A stretch of DNA of 64,000 bases from an uncultured Aquimarina sp. (GCA_947498935.1 CANMMM010000006.1:128060-192059), one strand, 5' to 3'; counted from the stretch's first letter, positions 1 to 10,225 are shown. The notes: generated by a model from the sequence alone, not told the origin. Numbers and translations: made by a program.

Positions 1-855
1 CTCGTATTTATTACCAATAGTAGGAGTGTGGGTAATATAATCTACAGCTGTTACTAAAGAGTAGTAAATAAATGCCCTTGTTTTCTCTCTATCATAATCC
101 GCAGGATAGTGCCCTGCTTCAAATAATATAGTAGGTATTCCCATATTGGTGAGTGTGTCTCCTACACAATTTAGATTAAAGCCATCATCATATCTCCCTA
201 CAGCATTAGGAATATATTGCTGTAATACTGTGTTCATAGCTGAAATGATTTCCATACCTACTTTTCGGCAGGGAGTAATAGTGCGTTCAGCATCTCCAGC
301 AGGCGATAGAAATGAAATAGTAGCACTATTAGGTGTAGTTCCTGCGCCAAATATAGTACGCTGCCCATGTAAATTAAAAGCTACATCAGGCTGTATATGT
401 CGAATCACATCATGCAGAATTATACTTTCTTTCTGTGTTCGGTTTTGTGCATCTCTATTAAGATCTACTTGATTATAATTAAGTCGTGTATACGCTTTAG
501 CTCCATCAGGACTTAAAATAGGTATTATATATAATGTACATTTCTGTAAGATCGTAGTTGCCCATTCATTATCGGGAGCAATCAACGTATTTATAAAATC
601 AAATATAGCTTTGGTAGTCGTACTTTCATTTCCATGCATTTGAGACCAAAACAATAATTTTTTAGATCCAGTACCTAAGGTAATTAAATCGATAGGGGCA
701 TTGTTTTCTGAACTACCCAACGTAGTGATTGTAATTGCTGTTTTAGATTTTAATTTTTCTAATAAGGGCGCTATATGGCTTAGATGAATATATCTACCAG
801 ATAGTGAAGCTTCCTTGTTTTTTTTAAAGAAAGCAGATAATGTGTCTGTATGCAT
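1..855 (-). CDS. M14-family zinc carboxypeptidase-like protein; N-terminal part only, the ORF runs off the left edge of the window
   Basis: Own translation of the minus strand from the ATG at 855: MHTDTLSAFFKK...LLFWSQMHGNESTTTKAIFDF...NRDAQNR...NLHGQRT. It shows the HxxE zinc-ligand motif and overall M14/succinylglutamate-desuccinylase-like features. The open frame continues to position 1. It is absent from the ORF track because it is truncated. Confidence 0.7.
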   Translation of the reverse strand, partial: MHTDTLSAFFKKNKEASLSGRYIHLSHIAPLLEKLKSKTAITITTLGSSENNAPIDLITLGTGSKKLLFWSQMHGNESTTTKAIFDFINTLIAPDNEWATTILQKCTLYIIPILSPDGAKAYTRLNYNQVDLNRDAQNRTQKESIILHDVIRHIQPDVAFNLHGQRTIFGAGTTPNSATISFLSPAGDAERTITPCRKVGMEIISAMNTVLQQYIPNAVGRYDDGFNLNCVGDTLTNMGIPTILFEAGHYPADYDREKTRAFIYYSLVTAVDYITHTPTIGNKYE

Positions 856-917
856 AACTCAATTTATAAAAACAAAATTAAGATTGTTTCTCGAAGTATC
901 ATAACTGTAGTAAGGTA

Positions 918-1229
918 TTTACAAAAGTAAACAGAGAAGTGGTTCACAAATGTAAAAGAACTGCATTTACATTTGTAAACAAGGTGTTAGAGTCAAATGA
1001 GTTACTTCTGTAAACAATCATTAAGGTTTAATTCACAAAATAAAACTAAATACTTTTCTTAGATTTTTAAATCATATTAATATCATGCATATCAATTGAT
1101 TATATGTTTTTACCTGTAGCGTTTGTTTAATACTTTGTTAGAAGTGTTTACATATGTAAATTAGAGATGTTACTTTTTTTGTTTACTTTTGTAATATATA
1201 TGCTAACCAAAATAGTTTACAATGGTAAA
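918..1229. promoter_or_regulatory. Array of seven 14-bp palindromic sites (TTTACA-N2-TGTAAA type) upstream of, and overlapping, the start codon of the HTH gene
   Basis: Sites read at 918-931, 943-956, 966-979, 1001-1015, 1147-1160, 1182-1195 and 1216-1229. The last one overlaps the ATG at 1222. Examples: tttacatttgtaaa, tttacatatgtaaa, tttacaatggtaaa. Confidence 0.5.
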
Positions 1230-1713
1230 CACTACAGCTTTCGGAAAAAGAATAGAACAAATCATGCATTATTATGCTTTACCTGCTTCAGGCTTTGCTG
1301 ATTTAATGGGAGTGGGGCGATCTTCTATATCACATATCTTATCAGGCAGGAACAAACCAAGTCTTGATTTTGTTATGAAAATTATAGATGCATACGAAGA
1401 AGTAGATCTACATTGGTTATTATATGGACAAGGTACATTTCCTAAACCTAAAAAAGTAACCCCTCCTAAAGCTACTATACCAATAGAAACACCTAATCAG
1501 CCTGCAAATGATATAAATACAGCTGCTACATCAGCAGTAATTAAGGATCATCAAGATTTATTTTCACAATCCCCTTCTACGGATAGTTCATTAGCTGATA
1601 GTACTACAGTAAAGGATCCTATCATAGCAGCAAGTACCGATATAGCTAAAGAAGTAGAACAGATTGTCGTATTCTATACAGATGGTACTTTTAAAGCATA
1701 TACGTCTAGTTAA
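1222..1713 (+). CDS. XRE-family helix-turn-helix DNA-binding protein with a Pro/Thr/Ser-rich C-terminal tail
   Basis: The N-terminus FGKRIEQIMHYYALPASGFADLMGVGRSSISHILSGRNKPSLDFVMKI fits the HTH_3/XRE pattern. The ORF is intact with an ATG start. Confidence 0.7.
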   Translation: MVNTTAFGKRIEQIMHYYALPASGFADLMGVGRSSISHILSGRNKPSLDFVMKIIDAYEEVDLHWLLYGQGTFPKPKKVTPPKATIPIETPNQPANDINTAATSAVIKDHQDLFSQSPSTDSSLADSTTVKDPIIAASTDIAKEVEQIVVFYTDGTFKAYTSS

Positions 1714-1787
1714 TGCTATTTTCTGATAGCATTTCTATCATATCTAAAGAAATAAATCTATTTTCGCTCAGTAATTATAGTATATAA

Positions 1788-2165
1788 ATGACTCGTTTTT
1801 TATTCATAATAGGCATAAGCATATGCATACAATCCTGTTACCACCAAGACCGTAATTGTATCGATTTTAAAACAGGTACTTTTGAAGCAGAAGCATACCT
1901 AAATGGTCAAATTGTAAAAAGTAAAAGCATCCGCAATGATACTATAGAAATAGACTACTTTAATGGCAAAACCGATACCTCTTCCATTCGATGGATTAAT
2001 GAATGTGAATATATAGGTACCAAACTACACCCTAAAAATCGCCAAGAAGAAAAACCGTTGCACATTAAGATATTATACACCGATAAGGATAGTTATACCT
2101 TTGAATACGGTTATGTAGGTCAAAAAAAGAACAAACAACAAGGAACCGCTAAAAAAACACATTAA
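1788..2165 (+). CDS. Small putative lipoprotein (hypothetical)
   Basis: Signal/lipobox-like N-terminus MTRFLFIIGISICIQSC. The stop abuts the next ATG (2163-2165 TAA, 2166 ATG). Confidence 0.5.
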   Translation: MTRFLFIIGISICIQSCYHQDRNCIDFKTGTFEAEAYLNGQIVKSKSIRNDTIEIDYFNGKTDTSSIRWINECEYIGTKLHPKNRQEEKPLHIKILYTDKDSYTFEYGYVGQKKNKQQGTAKKTH

Positions 2166-2966
2166 ATGTTGGAAATTTTTACATCAGCAGATGCTTGGGT
2201 TGCATTACTCACGCTTACTTTCTTAGAAATTGTTTTAGGAATAGATAATATTATCTTTATTTCTATAGCTAGTAGTAAATTACCTGAAAAAGAGCAAAAA
2301 AAAGCAACTAACATAGGACTATTATTAGCGATGGTTATGCGTATTGTACTACTGTTCGGGATTTCATTACTCGTAGCTATGGAAGCCCCCTTTTGGCATA
2401 TCAATCTACCATGGATAGAAGCAGGAATTAGTGGACAAGCATTGATATTATTCGGTGGAGGGATGTTTTTATTGTACAAAAGCGTACATGAAATACACGA
2501 AAAAGTAGATGAAAAAGGGGAGGAAGAGAAAGAATTGGCCCAAAAAAGTACGACCTCTTTATCCAAGGCCATTGTACAGATCACACTCATCAATGTCGTA
2601 TTCTCTTTTGATTCTATCCTTACAGCAGTAGGGATGACCAATGGTTTAAGTGACAACCCTAATGATGCTTTATTACTAATGATTATAGCTGTTATTATAT
2701 CTGTACTAATTATGATGTTATTCGCCACCCCCGTGGGTCGTTTTGTAAATAAACATCCATCCATACAGATTTTAGGACTATCTTTTTTAATCTTGATCGG
2801 TTTTATGCTTATAGCAGAAGCAGCACACTTGGCACATTTAGTTATTTTTGAGCAATCAGTAGGTACTATCCCTAAAGGGTATCTGTATTTTACTATTGCA
2901 TTTTCACTATTTGTAGAGTTTATCAATTTTAAACTACGTAAAAAAGGGAAGAGTTTACAATTGTAA
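2166..2966 (+). CDS. TerC-family integral membrane protein
   Basis: LEIVLGIDNIIFISIA and a second FSFDSILTAVGM repeat, multi-pass hydrophobic profile, 266 aa. Confidence 0.85.
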   Translation: MLEIFTSADAWVALLTLTFLEIVLGIDNIIFISIASSKLPEKEQKKATNIGLLLAMVMRIVLLFGISLLVAMEAPFWHINLPWIEAGISGQALILFGGGMFLLYKSVHEIHEKVDEKGEEEKELAQKSTTSLSKAIVQITLINVVFSFDSILTAVGMTNGLSDNPNDALLLMIIAVIISVLIMMLFATPVGRFVNKHPSIQILGLSFLILIGFMLIAEAAHLAHLVIFEQSVGTIPKGYLYFTIAFSLFVEFINFKLRKKGKSLQL

Positions 2967-2990
2967 ACAACTTAGAATACACACTTAGTT

Positions 2991-3578
2991 ATGAATGATG
3001 AATTAAAAGAATTGACTACTCGTAGCGGAGGACAGTGCGAATTGTGTAGTGCTAACACACAGTTAGCAATCTATAAAGTGCCAAAATCTCCTAATGTGGG
3101 TACAGATGCAAGTGTATTGATTTGTGATACTTGTCATACACAATTAGAAAATCCCGAAAAGGTAGATGTCAATCATTGGCGATGTTTAAACGATAGTATG
3201 TGGAGCCAGGTACCAGGAGTACAAGTGATCGCTTGGCGAATGCTCACCAGACTGAGAGCGGAGGGCTGGCCACAAGAGTTATTAGAAATGCTCTATTTAG
3301 ATGATGAAACATTAGAATGGGCAAAAGCTACAGGAGAAGCAGATGACCCAGAAGATACAATTGTACACAAAGATGCCAATGGCGGCATATTACAGGCAGG
3401 AGATACAGTAGTTTTGATCAAAGATTTAGTAGTAAAAGGAGCTAATTTTACTGCCAAAAGAGGAACCGCTGTGCGTAACATCAGCTTGGTACATGACAAT
3501 GCATCTCATATAGAAGGCCGTGTAAATGGACAACAGATTATACTACTTACACAATATGTAAAAAAATCTACTGCATAA
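2991..3578 (+). CDS. phnA: PhnA-family zinc-ribbon protein
   Basis: N-terminal CxxC...CxxC (CELCSAN...CDTCH) and a C-terminal PhnA-type domain: DANGGILQAGDTVVLIKDLVVKGANFTAKRGTAVRNISLV. Confidence 0.8.
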   Translation: MNDELKELTTRSGGQCELCSANTQLAIYKVPKSPNVGTDASVLICDTCHTQLENPEKVDVNHWRCLNDSMWSQVPGVQVIAWRMLTRLRAEGWPQELLEMLYLDDETLEWAKATGEADDPEDTIVHKDANGGILQAGDTVVLIKDLVVKGANFTAKRGTAVRNISLVHDNASHIEGRVNGQQIILLTQYVKKSTA

Positions 3579-3599
3579 ACATTTATAAAATATTACTGC

Positions 3600-3687
3600 G
3601 GGCGTTCCCCAAGGGTCAGGCTATCCGCTATATCTTTTGGCAGCACTAAGGTGCTACCAAAAGGATGCCGCTCCTATCCCTAACGCA
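3600..3687 (+). repeat. REP-like ~90-bp intergenic element, subtype A (copy R1)
   Basis: gggcgttccccaagggtcaggctatccgct...aaaggatgccgctcctatccctaacgca. It shares both ends with the copies at 7658, 18810 and 52638. It lies 22 nt after the phnA stop, in the same sense. Confidence 0.85.
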
Positions 3688-3744
3688 GTAAATAATTATT
3701 CCCTTATTTACGATGCGCTACCAAAGTTAACATTCTGTATAATT

Positions 3745-4122
3745 TTATGGTTTGGTTACTGTCATTGTTTGGATGACAGCAGTAGTGTGACAGTTATCTA
3801 TATGCATTCCTATTTCTTGTTCTAGATGTATACCGGTTACATAATAGGTTTTACAACTATCTTTTTCAGTATTACTTTTTCCAAAATCTACATTTCCTTT
3901 TTGTAGTATAGTAGTTATGATACTGCTATCAATAGCATGCGAAAGCATTACTGATTTTACCTGTTCACTATAGCGTTGTTTTTTAATGCGAATATTTTTT
4001 AAAACTCTAGCATTGGGACCATAATCACAAGACGCTTTTTTGCCACCTAAGAAGAAGAATAGAAAAAATAAACCAATAATAAATCCAAAAAAATAATAAC
4101 CTAAGCGATGTGCTAGTTTCAT
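3745..4122 (-). CDS. Hypothetical protein with an N-terminal membrane anchor
   Basis: 125-aa ORF with an N-terminal hydrophobic helix (YYFFGFIIGLFFLFFFLGG). No family recognised. Confidence 0.45.
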   Translation of the reverse strand: MKLAHRLGYYFFGFIIGLFFLFFFLGGKKASCDYGPNARVLKNIRIKKQRYSEQVKSVMLSHAIDSSIITTILQKGNVDFGKSNTEKDSCKTYYVTGIHLEQEIGMHIDNCHTTAVIQTMTVTKP

Positions 4123-4191
4123 ATCACAGTATAAAATTTAGAAATGCAAACTTACTCAAAGTTTTTATGCACACAACATTTATTAGTAATT

Positions 4192-4437
4192 GAACTCATC
4201 TTGACTTTTTCTTTTCTCTAAAAAATGACTAAAATTCTCATGTACTTCGTCACTTTTATATAATCTTTAGTATTGAAGTGGTTTAAACTTTTTTCAATTT
4301 GCTATAAAAACGATCTTTTGCACTCAAATTTTGTAATTTTTGAGTTCCGTAGCGCTGCTATGCAACTAAAAAATCACTGTATTTGATCACAAAATCTTAG
4401 TTTTTCGCTGAAATCAAAAAAGTTTGAATCACTTCAT
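4192..4437. repeat. MITE-like repeat: a type-2 terminus fragment (4192-4255) plus one complete ~164-bp copy (4274-4437)
   Basis: The complete copy starts gaagtggtttaaacttttttcaatttgctataaaaacgatcttttgcactc and ends gaaatcaaaaaagtttgaatcacttc, giving ~20-bp terminal inverted repeats. The core gagttccgtagcgctgctatgcaac is shared with the other copies. Confidence 0.85.
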
Positions 4438-4572
4438 TGTAATGTTTCTAAAATTACCTTACAAGATCAGAAGTAAATACATTCGTGGTTCAAAACAAAA
4501 AGGTACGATACTATTGTAGTCTCTTTCTATAGTGATGAGAAGAAGTTTACATCACTTCATGCTCATATTTTT

Positions 4573-5772
4573 CTATAGGATTAATAGATTGATATCCCTG
4601 TAGGATAAATCAAACCAATCAGCCACGGATTTATTAGTTAGAATACCGTGATAAAAATACAATCCGTTTTTCAATCCTTTATCGAATCGCACAGTATTTT
4701 CGATACCACCTTCTTCTCCGATTTGTAGTAAATAGGGGGTAAAAATATTGCTAATTGATAACGAAGACGTTTTGGCATATTTAGAGGGGATATTAGGCAC
4801 GCAATAATGTACCACTCCATGTTTGATAAAGGTAGGGTGATCATGTGTAGTGACCTCACTGGTTTCGAAGCACCCTCCCATATCGATACTGACATCGATA
4901 ATAATAGCTCCAGTTTTCATACGTTCTACCATGGTTTCAGACACAATAATTGGCGAACGATTTTTTCCTCTTACTGCGCCAATCACTACATCACATCTTC
5001 TCAATGCTTTTAATAGATTTTTGGGCTGTATAGTAGAGGTGTATAAAGGCCTTCCTACATTGGTTTGCAAACAGCGTAGTTTGGTAATAGAATTATCAAA
5101 CACTTTTACATTAGCACCTAGGCCAATTGCAGATCGAGCAGCAAACTCGCCTACAGTACCAGCACCTACGATTACTACTTCTGCGGGTGGCACGCCACTA
5201 ATGTTTCCGAGCATGAGTCCAGATCCTATGGTGGTGTTGCTCATCAATTCAGAGGCGATCAGTACTGCAGCTGTTCCTGCTATTTCACTCAGAGCCCTTA
5301 CAGCTGGGTATGCACCATCTACATCTCTAATAAATTCGAAACCAAGAGCAGTAATTCTTTTTTTAGCCAATTCCTGAAAAAAGTCTTTGGACTGTGTTTT
5401 TAGTTGTAGAGCAGAGATCAATACAGTTTGTGGATTGATATGTGCTAATTCTTCTAGCGATGGCGGTTCTACTTTTAGGATAATCGGACACCCAAATACT
5501 TTGGTACTATCGTTAGTTACTTCTGCACCAGCTTCGCTATATTCACGATCTGTAAAACTAGCTCCTAATCCTGCATTGGCCTCGATCATTACTCGGTGTC
5601 CATGTGCTGTGAGTGCAGCTACTGCATCGGGTGTAAGACATACGCGTTTTTCTTGATAACTAGTTTCTTTGGGGATCCCTATAAATAGTTTTCCTTTTTG
5701 TCGTGTAACTTCTATCATTTCCTCCTGTGGTAGGAGTTGCTCTTTGGTAAAAGGAGAAGATGGTTGATTCAT
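4573..5772 (-). CDS. ald: Alanine dehydrogenase family NAD-dependent dehydrogenase
   Basis: 399 aa. IGIPKETSYQEKRVCLTPDAV, Rossmann motif VVIVGAGTVGEFAA, and a C-terminal VHYCVPNIPS typical of the AlaDH/PNT family. Confidence 0.75.
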   Translation of the reverse strand: MNQPSSPFTKEQLLPQEEMIEVTRQKGKLFIGIPKETSYQEKRVCLTPDAVAALTAHGHRVMIEANAGLGASFTDREYSEAGAEVTNDSTKVFGCPIILKVEPPSLEELAHINPQTVLISALQLKTQSKDFFQELAKKRITALGFEFIRDVDGAYPAVRALSEIAGTAAVLIASELMSNTTIGSGLMLGNISGVPPAEVVIVGAGTVGEFAARSAIGLGANVKVFDNSITKLRCLQTNVGRPLYTSTIQPKNLLKALRRCDVVIGAVRGKNRSPIIVSETMVERMKTGAIIIDVSIDMGGCFETSEVTTHDHPTFIKHGVVHYCVPNIPSKYAKTSSLSISNIFTPYLLQIGEEGGIENTVRFDKGLKNGLYFYHGILTNKSVADWFDLSYRDINLLIL

Positions 5773-5939
5773 TTGTTGTGTGTAATTCTGCTTCTCAAAT
5801 TACGAATAAAAAAGTAAAGTATGCAAATTATACTTTTGTTTGATTCTATAAACTCAATTATTTGCAAAACTCATGCTTTGAAGTGATTTAAACTTCTTTA
5901 TATACAAAGTAGCCATCTACTAGCTGTAATAATAAAAAA

Positions 5940-6461
5940 TCATCGAAGTTTATTCCACCATGTTCTTTTATGAGTTTTAGAGAGCGTCGTTAATTCAGAC
6001 AAATCTACCCCATTTATGATATCAAAAAGTTTATTCCGTATGATGTAATTTAGCATCAGGATGATACCAGTAATTGGAATTAAGACATAAATATCTTTGT
6101 AATCGATCATATCAGAATCTTCTACCACAATCGATAGTAATTGAAATGTATATAGGGCTATGGGTACCATAATGACCATATACCACCAATGCTTACAAGT
6201 AAAAAACCAAATGAGAAACAAGAGTAGGGGAATGAGTTTGCCTAATAAAACCCACGTAAATACATTGATATTTTCATAGTACCTACTTTGGTATACAAAA
6301 AATGAACTTTCCCAAATCGCTGCATTTGGGAATAGTTCATTCAAATAAAATAAAAAGGGAATTGTAGCAATTAAAAAAGCAATACAATTAGCCATTTTTA
6401 GGCTTCTTAATTTTTGGTGTGTGAACTGACCTTTGTTCGATTCTTTTAGTAGCTTTTTCAT
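5940..6461 (-). CDS. Hypothetical multi-pass membrane protein
   Basis: 173-aa ORF with about 4 hydrophobic segments. No family recognised. Confidence 0.45.
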   Translation of the reverse strand: MKKLLKESNKGQFTHQKLRSLKMANCIAFLIATIPFLFYLNELFPNAAIWESSFFVYQSRYYENINVFTWVLLGKLIPLLLFLIWFFTCKHWWYMVIMVPIALYTFQLLSIVVEDSDMIDYKDIYVLIPITGIILMLNYIIRNKLFDIINGVDLSELTTLSKTHKRTWWNKLR

Positions 6462-6690
6462 GATTTGTGGTTGAATAAAGGGAATGGGTGTTTAGTTCAT
6501 ATATACCGAATGCATAAAACATACTTACTAAAATTGTCGTCGTGATTTTCATTATATATAGGATTTATTAATTTTAGTGTAGTCATATATTCGCTTTGAT
6601 GATACAATCTTTCAATTATAAAATTCATAATCTATTAGAAAGTGGGTTTAAAACATTTTTTATAAAGAAATGTTTACTCTTTATTATATA

Positions 6691-6988
6691 GAAGTGGTTT
6701 ACTCTTTTTTAATTTCAGCAAAAAACAAAGATTTTGTGATCAAATACAGTGATCCTCTTGTTGCATAGCACTGCTATGGAACTCAAAAAACTGTAAAACT
6801 TGAGTGCAAAAGATCGTTTTTGTAGCAAATTGAAAAAAAAAAGTTCAAATCACTTCATTAGCTAAAAGCGAAGATTTGTAATCCTAGGGAAGCGATTTTT
6901 TATTGCATAGCAATGCTACGGAACTCAAAAATTGCAGAATTAGGATGCAAAAGATCGTTTTATAGCTAATTGTAAAAAAGTATACACG
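6691..6988. repeat. MITE-like repeat: one complete copy (6691-6856, inverted relative to 4274) and an adjacent partial copy (6869-6988)
   Basis: gaagtggtttactcttttttaatttcagc...gttgcatagcactgctatggaactcaaaaa...caaattgaaaaaaaaaagttcaaatcacttc. The second unit repeats the core attgcatagcaatgctacggaactcaaaaatt. Confidence 0.85.
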
Positions 6989-7093
6989 TCTTATATTTAA
7001 GTACTAGTAAAATCATTTTAAACTTACTTAATTATTCTTGTAAGAAAAAGCGTAGAGACCTTAATTTTTTGTTTTCTAGTGATTTCGGTAGGA

Positions 7094-7498
7094 TTATCTC
7101 ATAAAAAGTACTCTTTTACCATCGCTTTGTATATCAATTTGTATTTGAGTTGCATGGATAGGTAGTAAGTTGGTAATTTTCTGAGGCCATTCTATAAAAA
7201 TCCATGCATCTGTATCTATATATTCTTCGTATCCAATATCATATACTTCTTCTTCATCTTGTATACGATAAAAATCAAAATGATAAATAATGTTGTCTGT
7301 ACCTTTGTACTCATTCACTAGAGAGTACGTAGGGCTACTAATTGTATCTTGTACTCCTAATTGTTTGCAGATTTCTTTGATCAGAGTTGTTTTTCCAACT
7401 CCCATAGGGGCATCAAATAAGATAATTTTATAGGGGCAATGGGTTATAATTTCGTTGGCAATAGTAGCTAGGTCATTTAGGGCATAGGTGAATTTCAT
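7094..7498 (-). CDS. tsaE: tRNA threonylcarbamoyladenosine (t6A) biosynthesis ATPase TsaE
   Basis: 134 aa with a P-loop GVGKTTLIK followed by SPTYSLVNEY and HFDFYR, the YjeE/TsaE signature order. Confidence 0.85.
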   Translation of the reverse strand: MKFTYALNDLATIANEIITHCPYKIILFDAPMGVGKTTLIKEICKQLGVQDTISSPTYSLVNEYKGTDNIIYHFDFYRIQDEEEVYDIGYEEYIDTDAWIFIEWPQKITNLLPIHATQIQIDIQSDGKRVLFMR

Positions 7499-7657
7499 AC
7501 TCGTTATATTCTATATATATATTCCATATTTGGAATAAATATAACATTAGTAATTGCTTTATAAGTACTAAAGTTGAGTAATTTTTAGTGTTATTTTTAA
7601 AGTATTTATTTAGATAAGTATGTTTATTGTTTTAAAATCAGTTATTTGTTTTTTATT

Positions 7658-7743
7658 GCGTTAGGGATAGGAGCGGCATCCTTTTTTGTTTTTTTTCAAA
7701 CAAAAAAGATATAGCGTATAGCCCGACCCTTGTGGTAACGCCC
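7658..7743 (-). repeat. REP-like element, subtype A (copy R2, inverted)
   Basis: gcgttagggataggagcggcatccttttttg...caaaaaagatatagcgtatagcccgacccttgtggtaacgccc. It lies 11 nt downstream of the minus-strand stop at 7754, in sense orientation. Confidence 0.85.
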
Positions 7744-7753
7744 ATACTAAGCA

Positions 7754-8593
7754 TTAAGTGTTACTAAAAGATGTGATGGTAGTGATTAAAGTATTGGTAT
7801 CTACATCGATAAGATCTTCTAGTTCTTCTGAGCTAGTTTTTGATTCCATATCTTTTTGGTAAGATACTAATTTCCAGTGAGATTGATCATATTCTAATGC
7901 GGTTAAATTTTCGATCCAATCTCCAGAATTTAGATAGGTACAAGATCCGTTTTTAGTTGTTTTAGTTGCAATTTGGGGTTGATGTATATGACCGCAAACC
8001 ACGTAATCATAGCCATTGTCAATAGCTAGCTCTGCAGCAACTTGCTCAAAATCATTAATGTATTTGACAGCTTTTTTGACACTGTTTTTAATTTTTTTAG
8101 AAAGCGAGAATTTTTCTTTCCCCATTTTTTCTAATATCCAATTGATGCATTGATTGAGTACAATAAGCATATCATAGCCCCACCCACCAAGTTTGGCTAA
8201 CCATTTTGCATTTTGTATGGATGCATCAAACACATCGCCATGAAAAATCCATGCTTTTTTAGCATTGTCTAAGGTAAGCACCACTTTATCTACTAACTCA
8301 AAGTTACCCATCTGGGTATCACTAAATTTTCGAAGCATTTCATCGTGATTTCCTGTCACATATATGACTTTAGTCCCTTTAGTGGACAGGGAAATGATTT
8401 TTTTGATAATTTTGAGATGTGGTTTAGGAAAATACCGTTTTCTAAATTGCCAAATATCTATGATATCACCATTTAGAATCAATGTTTTGGGCTTTATACT
8501 ATTTAAATAATGTAGTAATTCTTTTGCATGACAACCGTATGTACCTAAATGTATATCTGAAATAACTACTAGCTCGACAGGTCGTTTCTTCAT
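7754..8593 (-). CDS. lpxH: UDP-2,3-diacylglucosamine diphosphatase-like metallophosphoesterase
   Basis: Calcineurin-like motifs in order: SDIHLG, NGDIIDIW, GNHDE, GHIH. 279 aa. Confidence 0.7.
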   Translation of the reverse strand: MKKRPVELVVISDIHLGTYGCHAKELLHYLNSIKPKTLILNGDIIDIWQFRKRYFPKPHLKIIKKIISLSTKGTKVIYVTGNHDEMLRKFSDTQMGNFELVDKVVLTLDNAKKAWIFHGDVFDASIQNAKWLAKLGGWGYDMLIVLNQCINWILEKMGKEKFSLSKKIKNSVKKAVKYINDFEQVAAELAIDNGYDYVVCGHIHQPQIATKTTKNGSCTYLNSGDWIENLTALEYDQSHWKLVSYQKDMESKTSSEELEDLIDVDTNTLITTITSFSNT

Positions 8594-8756
8594 ACTTACG
8601 ATTGTTTCTTACAAATTAACTACCTAATAGTTACTAAATATTTAACTGGTGATGAGAAGATTGTTACGAATTCTTACAAAAAGGAGTGATGTATTATCAT
8701 ACTGTTATGTGAATATTGTTTTAAGGTATATAGATTATCTAAAAGGCTTTAGATAC

Positions 8757-8793
8757 AAAAAAGAGGCTACCTGAAAAGGTAGCCTCTTTTTAT
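8757..8793 (-). terminator. Rho-independent terminator downstream of the M57 peptidase gene
   Basis: Perfect 11-bp stem aagaggctacc / ggtagcctctt with loop tgaaaa. It is flanked by A and T runs on both sides, so it could act bidirectionally. Confidence 0.7.
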
Positions 8794-8836
8794 TCTTCAT
8801 TTTCAAACGTAACCAATAAAAATGAACGTTCAGTAA

Positions 8837-9652
8837 TTAATAAACAAAACGTAATGCATTGATATCTCCTGTAGTAAACGGTCTATCTGAACCATTACTA
8901 CAAGCTAACATCCAAGAGCCAGCCTCCGGTCCTGCGGGAGTACCTGGAATATAAAGTGCTCCAAAACGCCCTTCATTATTAAAGTTCCCTCCACAGCTGT
9001 ACGAGCGATCATCCCAATCGGTATGTCTAAATCCGATGGCATGTCCAATTTCGTGTGCTACTACGGTTACTGCATCAGCACCTACACTTTCTCCTCCGTA
9101 TATCTGAGAATTCAGTACGATTGGTGTAGCAGGTCTACCGTTTCTTGGGAATCCAGCACTACGCCCTAAAATGGTTCCACCACCTGGTGGACTAGGAATG
9201 TTTTCTGATAGAATCGCAATATCAGAAGTAGCTCTACTAAATGCTCTTCTAAAAGTAAGGTTGGTTCCTACAGCATTGTAACGTCTCAATGCTTCTAAAA
9301 AGGCAGCTTCCATTACTCTTCCGAATGCTGTATCCAAATATACATCTACAGTCACCGCTCTATCTCTGGGTAATAAATCAGGAGCTACATAATGTTTGAA
9401 TTGAGTTCCAGCATTGCTTTCTAGCATGTAATCTATCATTTCTTGGTCTAAAAAAATATCTCCTTCTACTACATGACCTTCTTTACCATCCATAGTAGCT
9501 TGGTAAACCCCATTGGTATTAAAACCAAGTGATTTGAGTTGATCCATGGTAGTCATGTCTGTTGGGATAGGGGAATTTTCTTGATCTTTTTCACATGCCA
9601 AAAACAATAGTGAAGACAAGCCTAAGCAGGCAAATAATTTGCTTCCTTTCAT
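8837..9652 (-). CDS. M57-family (HEIGH zinc-binding) metallopeptidase lipoprotein
   Basis: Lipobox LLFLAC and zinc motif VVAHEIGHAIGFRHTDW. 271 aa. Confidence 0.8.
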   Translation of the reverse strand: MKGSKLFACLGLSSLLFLACEKDQENSPIPTDMTTMDQLKSLGFNTNGVYQATMDGKEGHVVEGDIFLDQEMIDYMLESNAGTQFKHYVAPDLLPRDRAVTVDVYLDTAFGRVMEAAFLEALRRYNAVGTNLTFRRAFSRATSDIAILSENIPSPPGGGTILGRSAGFPRNGRPATPIVLNSQIYGGESVGADAVTVVAHEIGHAIGFRHTDWDDRSYSCGGNFNNEGRFGALYIPGTPAGPEAGSWMLACSNGSDRPFTTGDINALRFVY

Positions 9653-10225
9653 AATCTAATAAGGGTTTGAGTTTGTATTAGGGTACCAAATGTATACAAT
9701 TTCAGGAGAAAAAAAATTAACATATTTTCATCCGTTTAACAGAAAAAATGGTTTTTTCAAGGTTTACTTTAACGTTTTCTTTGGAAGATTAATAAGCTTT
9801 TTAAGTGTCGTTTGTGTATTTCTTTTTTCCCCTCTCATGTAATTGTAATTCTGTGATTTAAAAGAGTTAATTTTTACGTAACAATAGCATAAAAATCAAT
9901 GATAGATTAATTACTATTTAAAACTAAGTACTACTACTTAAATTAGAGAGTTGTTACTTATTTTTTTTAACTTTTAATTATATTTTTTTAACATTAAATT
10001 ATGTTAAAGTCGTTTCTTTTTTATTGTTTTACCTCTGTATCTGTTGATGGTTTTGTGTAATTATGCTTAGAGTGGATTAATTCAATAATCTCAAAATAGA
10101 TGTTCTATAAATGAATGTATGATTATGAATTTTGTATAGCCTTAGTTTAAAACACGGGGTTTTTTCTACAATAGCTTATGGTGAGTCATATTAAATAACA
10201 GTGATGGTTTTTTTAAAAGAGTTAT

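Noticed and set aside
2162-2926. Long antisense ORFs overlapping well-supported genes. Examples: 2162-2926(-) opposite TerC, 146-472(+) opposite the M14 gene, 4850-5377(+) opposite ald, 10986-11393(-) opposite aroC, 31408-31782(-) opposite the YdiJ-like gene, and 56773-57219(+) opposite the BNR gene.
   Set aside because: Each lies entirely inside a gene with clear family motifs on the other strand. Each has low-complexity or odd composition and no recognisable motif. These are typical shadow ORFs.
3637-3825. Short ORFs translated through REP-like elements (3637-3825, 34549-34788, 50166-50528).
   Set aside because: Their supposedly conserved peptide segments, such as KDAAPIPNA, derive from the repeat sequence itself. 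They also overlap terminator-proximal intergenic DNA or convergent genes.
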